32,000 bases of DNA from Microcystis aeruginosa NIES-843 (GTDB taxonomy: Bacteria; Cyanobacteriota; Cyanobacteriia; Cyanobacteriales; Microcystaceae): NCBI RefSeq assembly GCF_000010625.1, contig NC_010296.1:4440001-4472000 (forward strand). Direction: 5' to 3'. Numbering within the stretch: the stretch's first letter is position 1; every line of letters starts with the position of its first letter. The notes under the pieces were generated by a model. That model did not search any database, had not been told where the DNA came from, and saw nothing but the letters and a program-made list of their open reading frames with translations. Made by a program: the position numbers and the translations under genes. This document shows, one piece after another, positions 16,174 to 23,951 of the stretch.

Positions 16174-16401
16174 ATGTTTCAAGATGAAATTGTCGAAGAG
16201 ATTCACAGAATTCGTGAAGAGTATTCTCGGTCATTCAATCATGACTTGAAAGCCATCTTTGCTGACTTACAAAAGCAACAAGAGGAAGGCGGCAGAGAAG
16301 TTGTAAACTTGTCTCGAAAACACGGTCTAACAACACGTTGGAGCGGACAGAGAAAAGAGGTTGGTGACGATGCAACAGAAATTAGCCGCCGCTCAACTTA
16401 G
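16174..16401 (+). CDS. Small partner protein of the PIN-like gene (putative antitoxin)
   Basis: ATG 16174 lies 7 nt after TAGGAGG and right after the upstream stop (16169-16171). The sequence starts MFQDEIVEEIHRIREEYSRSFNHDLKAIFADLQKQQEEGGREVVNL. The last ~28 codons lie in a dispersed repeat (GGTCTAACAACACGTTGGAGCGG...). Confidence 0.5.
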   Translation: MFQDEIVEEIHRIREEYSRSFNHDLKAIFADLQKQQEEGGREVVNLSRKHGLTTRWSGQRKEVGDDATEISRRST

Positions 16402-16547
16402 CCGTTAGGCGGGATTACATCAAAGGAAATAATCATGAACAGATTTCATAAATTATTGATAACTACAACTATCATGACTTCTTAGCCGTTAGGCGGGATT
16501 ACATCAAAGGAAATAATCATGAACAGATTTCATAAATTATTGATAAC
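16397..16547 (+). repeat. 84-bp tandem duplication covering the RBS, start codon and first 15 codons of a small gene
   Basis: CTTAGCCGTTAGGCGGGATTACATCAAAGGAAATAATCATGAACAGATTTCATAAATTATTGATAACTACAACTATCATGACTT occurs at 16397-16480 and again from 16481. The second copy is interrupted by the MITE at 16548 and resumes at 16765. Confidence 0.85.
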
Positions 16548-16764
16548 TAGGGCTTGCTGAATAAATCTAAAAACTTTGTTGGATAAGGCTTTTAGACTTT
16601 TTTTCCCTCAAAAAGTGCCTACCATTGGAGTGATCGGGGGTAAAATTCCTGGACTTTTTCCCTGAAAATTAGGTAACTGACTACCTCAAAATCGGTAAAA
16701 CCCTACACCCTACACCCCACACCCCACACCCTGCCCCCACGAAAAACTTTTTCAGCAGACCCTA
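16548..16764 (+). mobile_element. MITE family A, copy 2
   Basis: TAGGGCTTGCTGAATAAATC ... (CCCTACACCC/CACACC)n ... TTTTTCAGCAGACCCTA. It is nearly colinear with 27721-27943. Short direct duplications flank it (AACTA). Confidence 0.8.
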
Positions 16765-16881
16765 ACTACAACTATCATGACTTCTGTATTAGCCGGAAAT
16801 AGCAACTTGGTAATACAAGCACAATCTTCCAATAGACGTGGAAGTTGCCAAAATAATTCCTCTATGAAAACAGCCTACTCC

Positions 16882-18077
16882 GGGAGCAAGTCAAAGCTGA
16901 AGAACAAATAAACTACTTGACAAAAGCATCAATTGGGTATGGGATAGAGAAAAGAGTAGGGAAAAGACAAAAATGACTCCAGAGCAACAACAAGAACTTA
17001 ACCAACATATTCAAGCGATAGCCAAGATTCTTCATCAGGAAGCTGAGGCTGAAAAAATTCAAACTTTAGAGGGAATAGAGACGACAATAAGAGAACAGAC
17101 CTGAAAATATATAACTCCGAAACTAGGATTTTTTTTGGTCACAAAAACGACAGGAACTCAAGCCGGGAGACCGAGAAAAATAAAAAGCATCATCGGAGAA
17201 TTATGCCTGACAGAAAAACAAGCAATCCGTTTAAATATTCCTCGTAATAACCAAATTAGTCCTTACTTAGAACGCTGTTGTTTAAGAGCTAGTGCCAATG
17301 TTTCTTATGAAAATGCCGCCAGAGATATTCAATTTTATATAGGGATGAAGGTCTCGGCTAGGACTCAACAACGATTAGTCCATCGCCACCAATTTGCCGA
17401 AGAAGAATCAGGAAACCCCGTTCAAGAAATTAGTCTAGATGGAGGAAAAGTGCGCTTAAGAACCGAAACTAAGGGAGAGGCTTGTATCTGGAAAGATTAT
17501 CAAGCAATCTGTGTTGATACTTTCCTAAGAAAAGCTTGGTTTGGAGAGAATGAATCGTTAATATATTGGGTTAATCAACAACCTTTATCTGACCCCCTTA
17601 CCTGTTTGGGAGACGGACATCCCGGTATTGGGAAAATTGTGAAAAACTGGGATTGTCCAGGAGAAAAAAGAGAAATACTTGACTGGTTTCATTTGGTAGA
17701 AAATCTTCATAAAGTCGGCGGTTCAGTGAAGAGATTGAAAAAAGCAGCAAGTTTATTATGGCAGGGCAAAATTGAGGAAACAATAGCATTAATCTCTCCT
17801 TTAAAAAACGAACGAGCTGAAAATTTCTGTCGTTATTTAGAGATTCATCGTCATCGAATTGTTAATTATAATTACTATCAACAAGAAGAGATTTGCTCTA
17901 TTGCTTCGGGAGCCGTTGAATCCACGGTTAAACAGATTGACCGACGACTGAAAATTTCTGGAGCCCAGTGGAATGAAGAAAATATCCCTCAAGTGCTTAA
18001 ACACCGCTGTGCTTACCTAAATAACAGTCTTTAGCTATTGAATAGTATTTATGTTCTGACAAAACTGACTTGCTCCC
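16882..18077 (+). mobile_element. DDE insertion sequence, copy 3 (same family), intact ends
   Basis: Inverted repeats are GGGAGCAAGTCAAAGCTGAAG at 16882 and the complement ending CTTGCTCCC at 18077. A perfect 9-bp target duplication GCCTACTCC lies at 16873-16881 and 18078-18086. Confidence 0.85.
16973..18034 (+). CDS. Transposase in a single frame, interrupted by an in-frame TGA
   Basis: MTPEQQQELNQHIQAIAKILHQEAEAEKIQTLEGIETTIREQT is followed by TGA at 17102-17104. The same frame then continues KYITPKLGFFLVTKTTGTQAGRPRKIKS...CLGDGHPGIGK...ILDWFHLVEN... No frameshift is needed in this copy. Confidence 0.65.
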
Positions 18078-18411
18078 GCCTACTCCAGTGGTTGGTCGGC
18101 AGGTTTTAATGGAGGTACACACAACAATACATCAGAAAATGAACGCAGTCGTAACTGCTATGATTGGGGTTATACGGATGGTAAAATCGAAAAATCTAAA
18201 CTGGATATGCAAAGAATGCGTAATGAATCGTATATATATCGGATGTGCCTCAGTACTCGAATTTTAGATCCTAGCATTCAGTGTCAGCAACCTCGTTTTT
18301 AGTGCGATCGCTGATCGCCGTAGGCTGGGTTGACGGCAGGAAACCCAGCATTGCTTTTCTCTATCAACACTAACCAAAAGCACGATCCCACCCAAAACAC
18401 ATCGACCCTTA

Positions 18412-18825
18412 TTAGAAGCGGATAATTTCGATCGTGCATCGCGATCGTTGAAAACAGACATCAAATTCTCGAAAAAAGTTCGTTTGCCCAAGAATTAAGG
18501 GTATCTGAGAAGTTTTTGCCCAAGCAAAGGCTAGACGAACAGGTTCCAAATTCCCAATTTGAACATACACAAATAACCCTCGTGCTTCAACCCTTGCAAG
18601 ATTTCCGGCCAATGGCAAGCGGACAGTTTGTTCCTCCCAAATTGCACCCAATTGCGGCCCGATGTCGTAAGGTAATAGATTGACCGTAGATCCGGTATCC
18701 AGCAGGGCATTCGCAGAAACAGAAAGGCCTGCATGACTCAGAGTGATGGGAATCGTGGGTAATGCTTCATCGTCGGAAAGGGGAAATTCGACTGTACTAG
18801 GCATGGGTAGATGCCTCTCCGTCAT
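18412..18825 (-). CDS. Retropepsin-like aspartyl protease domain protein
   Basis: 137 aa with the LLDTGSTVNLLP active-site motif (D-T-G-S) and a single-lobe size. An alternative start at ATG 18804 overlaps the upstream stop. Confidence 0.65.
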   Translation of the reverse strand: MTERHLPMPSTVEFPLSDDEALPTIPITLSHAGLSVSANALLDTGSTVNLLPYDIGPQLGAIWEEQTVRLPLAGNLARVEARGLFVYVQIGNLEPVRLAFAWAKTSQIPLILGQTNFFREFDVCFQRSRCTIEIIRF

Positions 18826-19015
18826 CCTGAATCATATGCATCAGAATATTGGCGGCTTCCGTGGCATCGTAGGGCGACCAAATCGGATACTCTGATGCGG
18901 AAAAGATAACCTGTAGTTCAGCATCCGGGATTTGTGCAGCTAGGAGTTTGAAGAGTGATAATTTGTCTGTCTGGCTCAGATTGTTGACCAGAAGAATTAA
19001 CTCAGTGAGTGACAT
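18797..19015 (-). CDS. Small acidic protein coupled to the retropepsin-like gene
   Basis: 72 aa, MSLTELILLVNNLSQTDKLSLFKLLAAQIPD... Its stop overlaps the start region of the protease ORF, so the two look like a two-gene operon. Confidence 0.5.
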   Translation of the reverse strand: MSLTELILLVNNLSQTDKLSLFKLLAAQIPDAELQVIFSASEYPIWSPYDATEAANILMHMIQDDGEASTHA

Positions 19016-19102
19016 GGCTTAAACTTCTAGATATGCGAGAATAAATTGATCATAAGCGATCTGTGAGGTACGGTCTAACAATCCCGTTGCACACCGACCG
19101 TA

Positions 19103-19204
19103 TCAGGTTGGTCGGTGCTGAGTAACAAGAACCACATCATGTCCAGCATCAATTAGAAATCTCGCAGTGATTGCGTAAACGTCTTGATCGAGAAGAAATT
19201 TCAT
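19103..19204 (-). pseudogene. Truncated DUF5615/PIN-like toxin (N-terminal 33 codons only)
   Basis: MKFLLDQDVYAITARFLIDAGHDVVLVTQHRPT* starts 3 nt after the DUF433-like stop. The sequence after codon ~29 is replaced by a dispersed repeat (…CCGACCAACCTGATACGGTCGGTGTGCAACGGGATTGTTAGACC). Confidence 0.5.
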
Positions 19205-19206
19205 TA

Positions 19207-19440
19207 TTAAGCCGACACAAGTTTAATGTCTTCAGCCGCTACTAAAGCGATAGCATATTGCAGACAAGCACGAATGTCTTCAATTTGTAAATCAGGGTAA
19301 TAATCCTGAATAATTATACTGAAAGAGAGTCCCTCATTTAGCAACTCAAGAACACTCTGCACAGTGATGCGCGTCCCTTCTATGCAGGGCTTCCCAAAAT
19401 GAATTTGAGGGTTAACAGAAATTTTATACATTGTTGTCAC
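19207..19440 (-). CDS. DUF433-like small protein (putative antitoxin)
   Basis: 77 aa. PQIHFGKPCIEGTRITVQSVLELLNEGLSFSIIIQDYYPDLQIEDIRACLQYA matches the DUF433 pattern as I recall it. Confidence 0.6.
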   Translation of the reverse strand: MTTMYKISVNPQIHFGKPCIEGTRITVQSVLELLNEGLSFSIIIQDYYPDLQIEDIRACLQYAIALVAAEDIKLVSA

Positions 19441-19534
19441 CTAGTCGTAAGATGCCCTTATTTTAGATCACATTGCACAAAAACAGCCGTATAACAAGTC
19501 GCTGCACCAGAACGCCGTCACTTGGTTGGTTGAG

Positions 19535-19700
19535 TGCGATGCCGAAGGCACTGCGTAGCAGCACGCCGATCTTGTAGGGTGCGTTAATGAAATGTAACGG
19601 TGCGATTCGTTTCTAGGGGAATAAATAGCCTAGAGTAGCCTGTAGGTTGAACTTCGGCCGTGAGCCTTTGCCGAACGGTTGACGCAAGGAAACCCAACCA
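19535..19700 (+). repeat. Composite dispersed repeat upstream of hicBA
   Basis: GAGTGCGATGCCGAAGGCACTGCGTAGCAGCACGCCGATCTTGTAGGGTGCGTTAATGAA ... CCTGTAGGTTGAAC...GACGCAAGGAAACCCAAC. The same modules recur at 20211-20375. Partial copies occur at 2664-2695 (reverse), 15597-15640 and 18316-18352. Confidence 0.7.
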
Positions 19701-19795
19701 TATCAAGTTTGCTGTGAGGTTCCGCTGTTGCTACAATTTGATCCCACATCCATAATTCTATCAAGCTAAAATGGAGTGCTATCTAGAAGGAACTT

Positions 19796-19996
19796 ATGAT
19801 GAAATACAAAATTGTCCTTTATCGTTCTGAAGAAGGAATTACTGTTGGCGTTCCTGCGCTCCCCGGTTGTTGGTCCGAGGGAGATACTGAGGAAGAGGCA
19901 TTAACCAATATCCAAGATGCAATTCGTGAGTATCTTGCAGCCTTAGAAGAACGCTTGCAAGATGGGGAAATTCGTGAAATTGAAATGCAGGTGTAA
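19796..19996 (+). CDS. hicB: HicB-family antitoxin
   Basis: 66 aa. YKIVLYRSEEGITVGVPALPGCWSEGDTEEEALTNIQDAIREYL is the typical HicB N-terminal fold signature. It is followed 2 nt later by hicA. Confidence 0.8.
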   Translation: MMKYKIVLYRSEEGITVGVPALPGCWSEGDTEEEALTNIQDAIREYLAALEERLQDGEIREIEMQV

Positions 19997-19998
19997 CT

Positions 19999-20211
19999 AT
20001 GCCTAGAATTCCTGGCGTAAATCACCTAGATGCAGTACGAGCCTTGGAGAAGGTAGGCTTTCGGATCATTCGCCAAGGCAAACATATCATCATGAGTGAT
20101 GGGGTGCGTCAAGTTGCTCTTCCAAGGCACAATCCAATTAAGGCATTTACAATGGGTGGAATTGTTCAAGATGCTGGTTTGACAGTCGCAGAATTTCGTC
20201 AACTATTATGA
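19999..20211 (+). CDS. hicA: HicA-family mRNA interferase toxin
   Basis: 70 aa. AVRALEKVGFRIIRQGKHIIMSDGVRQVALPRHNPIKAFTMGGIVQDAGLTVAEFRQLL shows the YcfA/HicA pattern, including the conserved G-x-H. Confidence 0.8.
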   Translation: MPRIPGVNHLDAVRALEKVGFRIIRQGKHIIMSDGVRQVALPRHNPIKAFTMGGIVQDAGLTVAEFRQLL

Positions 20212-20375
20212 GTGCGATGCCAAAGGCACTGCGTAGCAGATCGCCTCGCCCGTAGGTTGGATTGACGCAAGGAAACCCAACATCAATCAACTCATAACAG
20301 AGTGCGATGCCGAAGGCACTGCGTAGCAGCACGCCGATCTTGTAGGGTGCGTTAACGAAGTGAACGCACCTTATC
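20211..20375 (+). repeat. Composite dispersed repeat downstream of hicBA
   Basis: GAGTGCGATGCCAAAGGCACTGCGTAGCAG...CGTAGGTTGGATTGACGCAAGGAAACCCAAC... is followed by a second GAGTGCGATGCCGAAGGCACTGCGTAGCAGCACGCCGATCTTGTAGGGTGCGTTAACGAA. The orientation matches 19535-19700. Confidence 0.7.
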
Positions 20376-20487
20376 TAATGTTCAAAATCCGTGGGTTACG
20401 CTAACGCTAACACAGGCTACATCATATCGATCGCCAAGATTAAGTGATTGCCAAAGCGATCGGGTATAACACAACGTTGCACCTGAC

Positions 20488-20670
20488 TTAATAAAGCAAC
20501 GGCTTTCTAAACCTATGACCATCCGGTTCTACGACTATAAATGCTCCTGCTAGTTCCACTTCGGAGTAATTTTTGATGATTCGCGCTAATTCCCCATGAA
20601 CTGCATTAACTGTCGTGGGTAATACCCGAAGGTAAATATACTTTGCACGGCTACAACTTGCATTTTTTAC
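20488..20670 (-). pseudogene. C-terminal remnant of a PIN-like (possibly DUF5615-type) toxin gene
   Basis: An open minus-strand frame has no start codon: ...AKYIYLRVLPTTVNAVHGELARIIKNYSEVELAGAFIVVEPDGHRFRKPLLY*. It resembles the C-termini of DUF5615-type proteins as I recall them. Its upstream part is missing at the IS630-like element boundary. Confidence 0.3.
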
Positions 20671-21244
20671 TCAAGGACAATAATATAGTTTAAGAGTCAT
20701 AATTAGAAGCAAAGCACTCATTAAAAACATGATTAACCTAGAATTCACGGAAGAAGAAAAGAACTCACTGTCTTAGGAAAGATTTCATCATCCCCATCCC
20801 CGGGTTCAACTGAAGATGGAAGTTCTCTGGTTAAAGAGCCAAAAGATACCGCACAAAAAAATTTGTCAGTTAGCAGGAATCTCGCCAAATACCTTATTAA
20901 CCTATCTTCGAGATTATGAAGAAGGCGGAATAGAAAAATTAAAAGAAATCAACTTCTATCGCCCTAAAAGTGAATTAGAGTCTCAAAAAGAAACGCTCAA
21001 AAAATACTTCGATAAAAATCCACCAGCCACAATAAATGAAGCTGTATATAGGATAGAAGAATTGACGGGAATAAAACGAAGTCCTACCCAAGTGAGAAAA
21101 TTTTTAAAATCAATGGGAATGAAATGTTTAAAAGTAGGTTCTCTTCCTTCTAAAGCTGACCGGGATGAACAAGAGGAATACAAAGAAAAAAAGCTAGAAC
21201 CCAGACTAAATGAGGCTAAAGAAGGAAAAAGGGCTGTTTTTTTT

Positions 21245-21431
21245 GGTTCTTCGTTACTTGGTATGGTTCGATAGGGTGGCATAAATCGACTAAATCCTTA
21301 TCTGGCAAAAGATTTAATTGATTAGTTCGCTCTAGATCAAAAACAATTGACAAAAATCGCTAAATGCCTTTCTCTATAAGGGTTCCATCCCTTATAACCC
21401 TCGTCCATTGCATAACACAAACCGAAGAGCC
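21245..21431 (+). mobile_element. MITE family B, copy 2
   Basis: GGTTCTTCGTTACTTGGTATGGTTCG...CAAACCGAAGAGCC, 187 bp. It is flanked by an 8-bp duplication TTTTTTTT (21237-21244 and 21432-21439). Confidence 0.8.
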
Positions 21432-21508
21432 TTTTTTTTGTTGATGCCGCTCACTTCGTCATGGGAGCATTTCTCGGTTTTGTTTGGTGTTTTGAGAGAC
21501 TTTTTGTT

Positions 21509-21599
21509 AATACCAAATTTCTAAATCCATGACAGACATCCACGCTCGAATGCTTGCCAAGCCTGTATTCGTTGTGACGCGAATAAAGAAAAATGGTAT
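21509..21599. mobile_element. 91-nt miniature insertion with short inverted ends
   Basis: It interrupts ...CFERLFV|KSPSGRK... of the transposase and shifts the frame by +1. Its ends are ATACCAAATTT ... AAAAATGGTAT, which are imperfect inverted repeats. Confidence 0.45.
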
Positions 21600-22064
21600 A
21601 AGTCACCGAGCGGGCGTAAACGCTTCAATGTTTTAGGAGCATTAAATGCAATAACTCATGAAGTTATTCTGGTTACGAATGACACTTATATTACAGCAAC
21701 TCAAGTCTGTGAACTCCGGTCAAAAATAGCTGCTTTAGGACTAATGATTCCCATCACTCTCGTATTAGATAATGCCCGCTATCAGAAATGTAAAATTGTT
21801 AAAAAATTGGCTCTTTCTTTGTCAATAGAGCTACTCTATCTACCGTCTTATTCGCCTAATCTAAATTTAATTGAAAGGCTGTGGAAATTTGTCAAAAAGA
21901 AATGTTTATATGGTAAATATTATGAAAACTTTTCTGACTTTTCTTCAGCCATTTATGAATGTCTGAATGATGCCAATCTGAAACATAAAAAAGAACTGTA
22001 TTCCTTGCTGACTCTCCGATTTCAGAAGTTTAATAAATCTCAGATTATGAACGTCTAAAGTATA

Positions 22065-22360
22065 GTCTCCCTTTGATTCTTTTAATTATTGTGGTCGGGG
22101 AATAACTAGGGTCTGATTCCAAAAATAAATGAATATGATCTGGCATTATTTCTAATGCGTTCTCGCGTAGCGAGCGCGTTCTCGCGTAGCGAGCGCGTTG
22201 CGACCAACCTCCAGTTATTTTCTTTGCACAGGTCAAAAATAATCGACTGCGCTCTTAACTTAATGTCCCCTTTTAATACCGCTTTTCTCCGTTTTGGACA
22301 CCAGACAAAGTGATAGTTAAGTAGTGTTACCGAATGAGGATTTCTTCTATAATCTTCCAT
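22065..22360 (-). pseudogene. tnpA: IS200/IS605-family Y1 (HUH) transposase TnpA, truncated and frameshifted
   Basis: MEDYRRNPHSVTLLNYHFVWCPKRRKAVLKGDIKLRAQSIIFDLCKENNWRLV is followed by a 43-nt repeat insertion, then ALEIMPDHIHLFLESDPSYSPTTIIKRIKG. The HUH motif (HIH) is present. The C-terminal third, which holds the catalytic Tyr, is missing where the IS630-like element begins. Confidence 0.75.
22159..22201. repeat. REP-like hairpin repeat, two tandem units, inserted in tnpA
   Basis: GTTCTCGCGTAGCGAGCGC GTTCTCGCGTAGCGAGCGC GTTGC. Each unit holds the palindrome CTCGC-GTA-GCGAG. The 43 nt break the tnpA frame between ...NNWRLV and ALEIMPDH... Confidence 0.7.
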
Positions 22361-22417
22361 CTACCCTTGACAAATAGTGTATTTCCAACATATCCTATAT
22401 ACAGGAGGTAAGTCAAG

Positions 22418-23934
22418 ATGTACGGAGTTCAAGAAGTTCTCATCCATACAGACAGCGAGATAAGGGCTGTCTTAGAGTTTGTCTGTGAAGAAGCTAACAA
22501 GCTGGCTAATTGTGGTATTTATTATTGTCGGCAAATGCTTTTTAAGGCAGGGCGATATATCGGTAAATATGACCTTGATTCTCAGTTGAAAAATAACCCT
22601 CATTTTCGAGCCATGCGGTCATGTTGCGCTCAACAATTGCTACATGATGTTGCTGAATCTTTTTCTTCCTATAAAGGGCTTTTAGGTCTTTGGAATAAAG
22701 GGCAATTACCTAATAAGCCTAGACCACCTAAATATCGAAAGAAAGGGGGGATGGCAGTAGTAACCTATACGGCAAGATATGTGAAGTTAACCGAAAAAGG
22801 GTTAAGGTTTTCGTTGGGGGATCAGGTAAAAGCTTGGTTCGGGATTGATAGTTTTTATCTGCCAATGCCGTCTAATTTGAGGTTTGAAGACATTAAAGAG
22901 TTTCGGATCGTTCCTAGAAATCTTAGTTTTTATCTTGAGTGTGTTTATAAGCAACCCGATCAAGAGAAAGTTAAGCCTAATAACACTGTACTAGGAATAG
23001 ATCACGGATTGGGTAACTGGTTAACCTGCGTTTCTAACACGGGAAAGTCTTTTATCTTTGACGGAAAAAAGGCTAAGTCTCAAAATCAATGGCATAACAA
23101 GCGAGTTGCTCAAATTAAGACTGGTAAGCCGCCGGGTTACTGGGATGATGAATTAGCTAAAATAACCGAAAGGCGTAACCGACAGATGAGAGACGCTACC
23201 AATAAAGCTGCTCGTTTTATTATCAATTGGTGTCTCGGCAATGACATTTATACTGTCGTTTTTGGAGGGAATCAGCGACAAAAAGACTCGATTGAGTTAG
23301 GAAAGAAAGTTAATCAGGAATTTGTTAGTATTCCCACAGCGAAGCTTAAAAATCGCATTTGTCAATTGTGTGAAAAGTACGGGATTAAATTCGTTGAGAC
23401 TGAGGAAAGCTACACCTCAAAGGCTTCTTTTTTAGATGGTGATTCGCTACCTAAATTCGGTGAGAAACCCGGTTCTTCGTTACTTGGTATGGTTCAATAG
23501 GGGGGCATAAATCGACTAAATCCTTATCTGGCAAGAGACTTAATTGATTAGTTCGCTCTAGATCGAAAACAATTGACATAAATCCCCGAATGTCTTTCTA
23601 TATAAGAGTTTCATTCCTTGTAACCCTGTCCGTTGCATAAGACAAACCGAAGAACCAGAAACCCGAAGGGTGGCAGTCATCAGGTAAAAGAATTAAAAGA
23701 GGTTTGTTTAAAGCTTTTAGTGGTCAATTAATTAATGCTGATTGCAACGGTGCGGCCAATATCATTAAAAAAGTAGCCACACAGCTAGGGGTTTCTCTAG
23801 ATAAGGTGGGTAGGGCATCTTTGACAGTGCCACAACGATATAAATTGGATAGCCTTTCTAAAATAGATCGTAATCGAATAGAAGCGCGGTTTCAACCCGC
23901 TTCTATTCACCGATTAGAATCCCCGTCTTTTTAA
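22418..23934 (+). pseudogene. tnpB: IS605-type TnpB (OrfB) RNA-guided nuclease homologue, split by MITE B
   Basis: RuvC-like motifs are GIDHGLGNW, VETEESYTSKAS and NADCNGAANI. Removing 23471-23664 restores ...LPKFGEKP|EGWQSSGKRIKRGLFKAFSGQLINADCNGAANI... It is divergent from tnpA, which is the IS605 arrangement. Confidence 0.8.
23471..23656 (+). mobile_element. MITE family B, copy 3
   Basis: GGTTCTTCGTTACTTGGTATGGTTCA...CAAACCGAAGAACC, 186 bp. An 8-bp duplication AGAAACCC lies at 23463-23470 and 23657-23664. Confidence 0.85.
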
Positions 23935-23951
23935 AGCGGGGAGATGTCAAC
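23900..23951 (+). ncRNA. IS605-like right end and 3' part of a presumptive omega-RNA (reRNA) scaffold
   Basis: GAATCCCCGTCTTTTTAAAGCGGGGAGATGTCAAC overlaps the tnpB stop and forms a CCCCG/CGGGG hairpin. A homologous motif, GAATCCCTCGCATGAGTGCGATGGGAGTGTCAAAC, ends the second tnpB copy (27427-27461, minus strand). Confidence 0.4.

Larger units (their letters stand above)
16519..18302 (+). pseudogene. Small secreted protein gene (~120 aa when reconstructed), disrupted by a MITE and an IS
   Basis: Removing 16548-16764 and 16882-18086 gives one open frame: MNRFHKLLITTTIMTSVLAGNSNLVIQAQSSNRRGSCQNNSSMKTAYSSGWSAGFNGGTHNNTSENERSRNCYDWGYTDGKIEKSKLDMQRMRNESYIYRMCLSTRILDPSIQCQQPRF*. The N-terminus is signal-like. 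Confidence 0.45.
20729..22058 (+). pseudogene. IS630-family transposase with three independent lesions
   Basis: MINLEFTEEEKNSLS is followed by an in-frame TAG, then ERFHHPHPRVQLKMEVLWLKSQKI... (HTH) ...GKRAVFF. MITE B (21245-21431) follows, then VDAAHFVMGAFLGFVWCFERLFV. A 91-nt insertion (21509-21599) follows, then KSPSGRKRFNVLGALNAIT...LVLDNARYQKC...LPSYSPNLNLIERLWKFVKK, which is the DDE D(35)E region. Confidence 0.8.
20684..22064 (+). mobile_element. IS630-family insertion sequence (decayed)
   Basis: Imperfect terminal inverted repeats are TATAGTTTAAGAGTCATAAT (20684-) and TATACTTTAGACGTTCATAAT (reverse complement, ending 22064). TA dinucleotides sit at both ends. The element encloses a transposase reading frame with three lesions. 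Confidence 0.6.

Noticed and set aside
18070-18267. 65-aa plus-strand ORF
   Set aside because: It begins with TTG inside the right inverted repeat of IS copy 3. It is out of frame with the reconstructed host gene, which reads through 18087-18302 in another frame.
18264-18734. Minus-strand ORFs 18264-18491 and 18531-18734
   Set aside because: The first runs through a dispersed hairpin repeat and overlaps the protease 3' end. The second is an alternative frame of the retropepsin-like gene.
19819-20332. Minus-strand ORFs 19819-20025 and 20147-20332
   Set aside because: They are antisense to hicB/hicA, and the second is encoded largely by the dispersed repeats (GFPCVNPTYGRG-type translation of the hairpin repeat).
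20983-21282. 99-aa minus-strand ORF starting MPPYRTIPSNEEP
   Set aside because: The start codon and first 13 codons are MITE B sequence. The rest is antisense to the IS630 transposase HTH region.
22045-22236. 63-aa minus-strand ORF listed separately from 22106-22360
   Set aside because: It is not a separate gene. It is the second frame of the same tnpA, displaced by the 43-nt repeat insertion.
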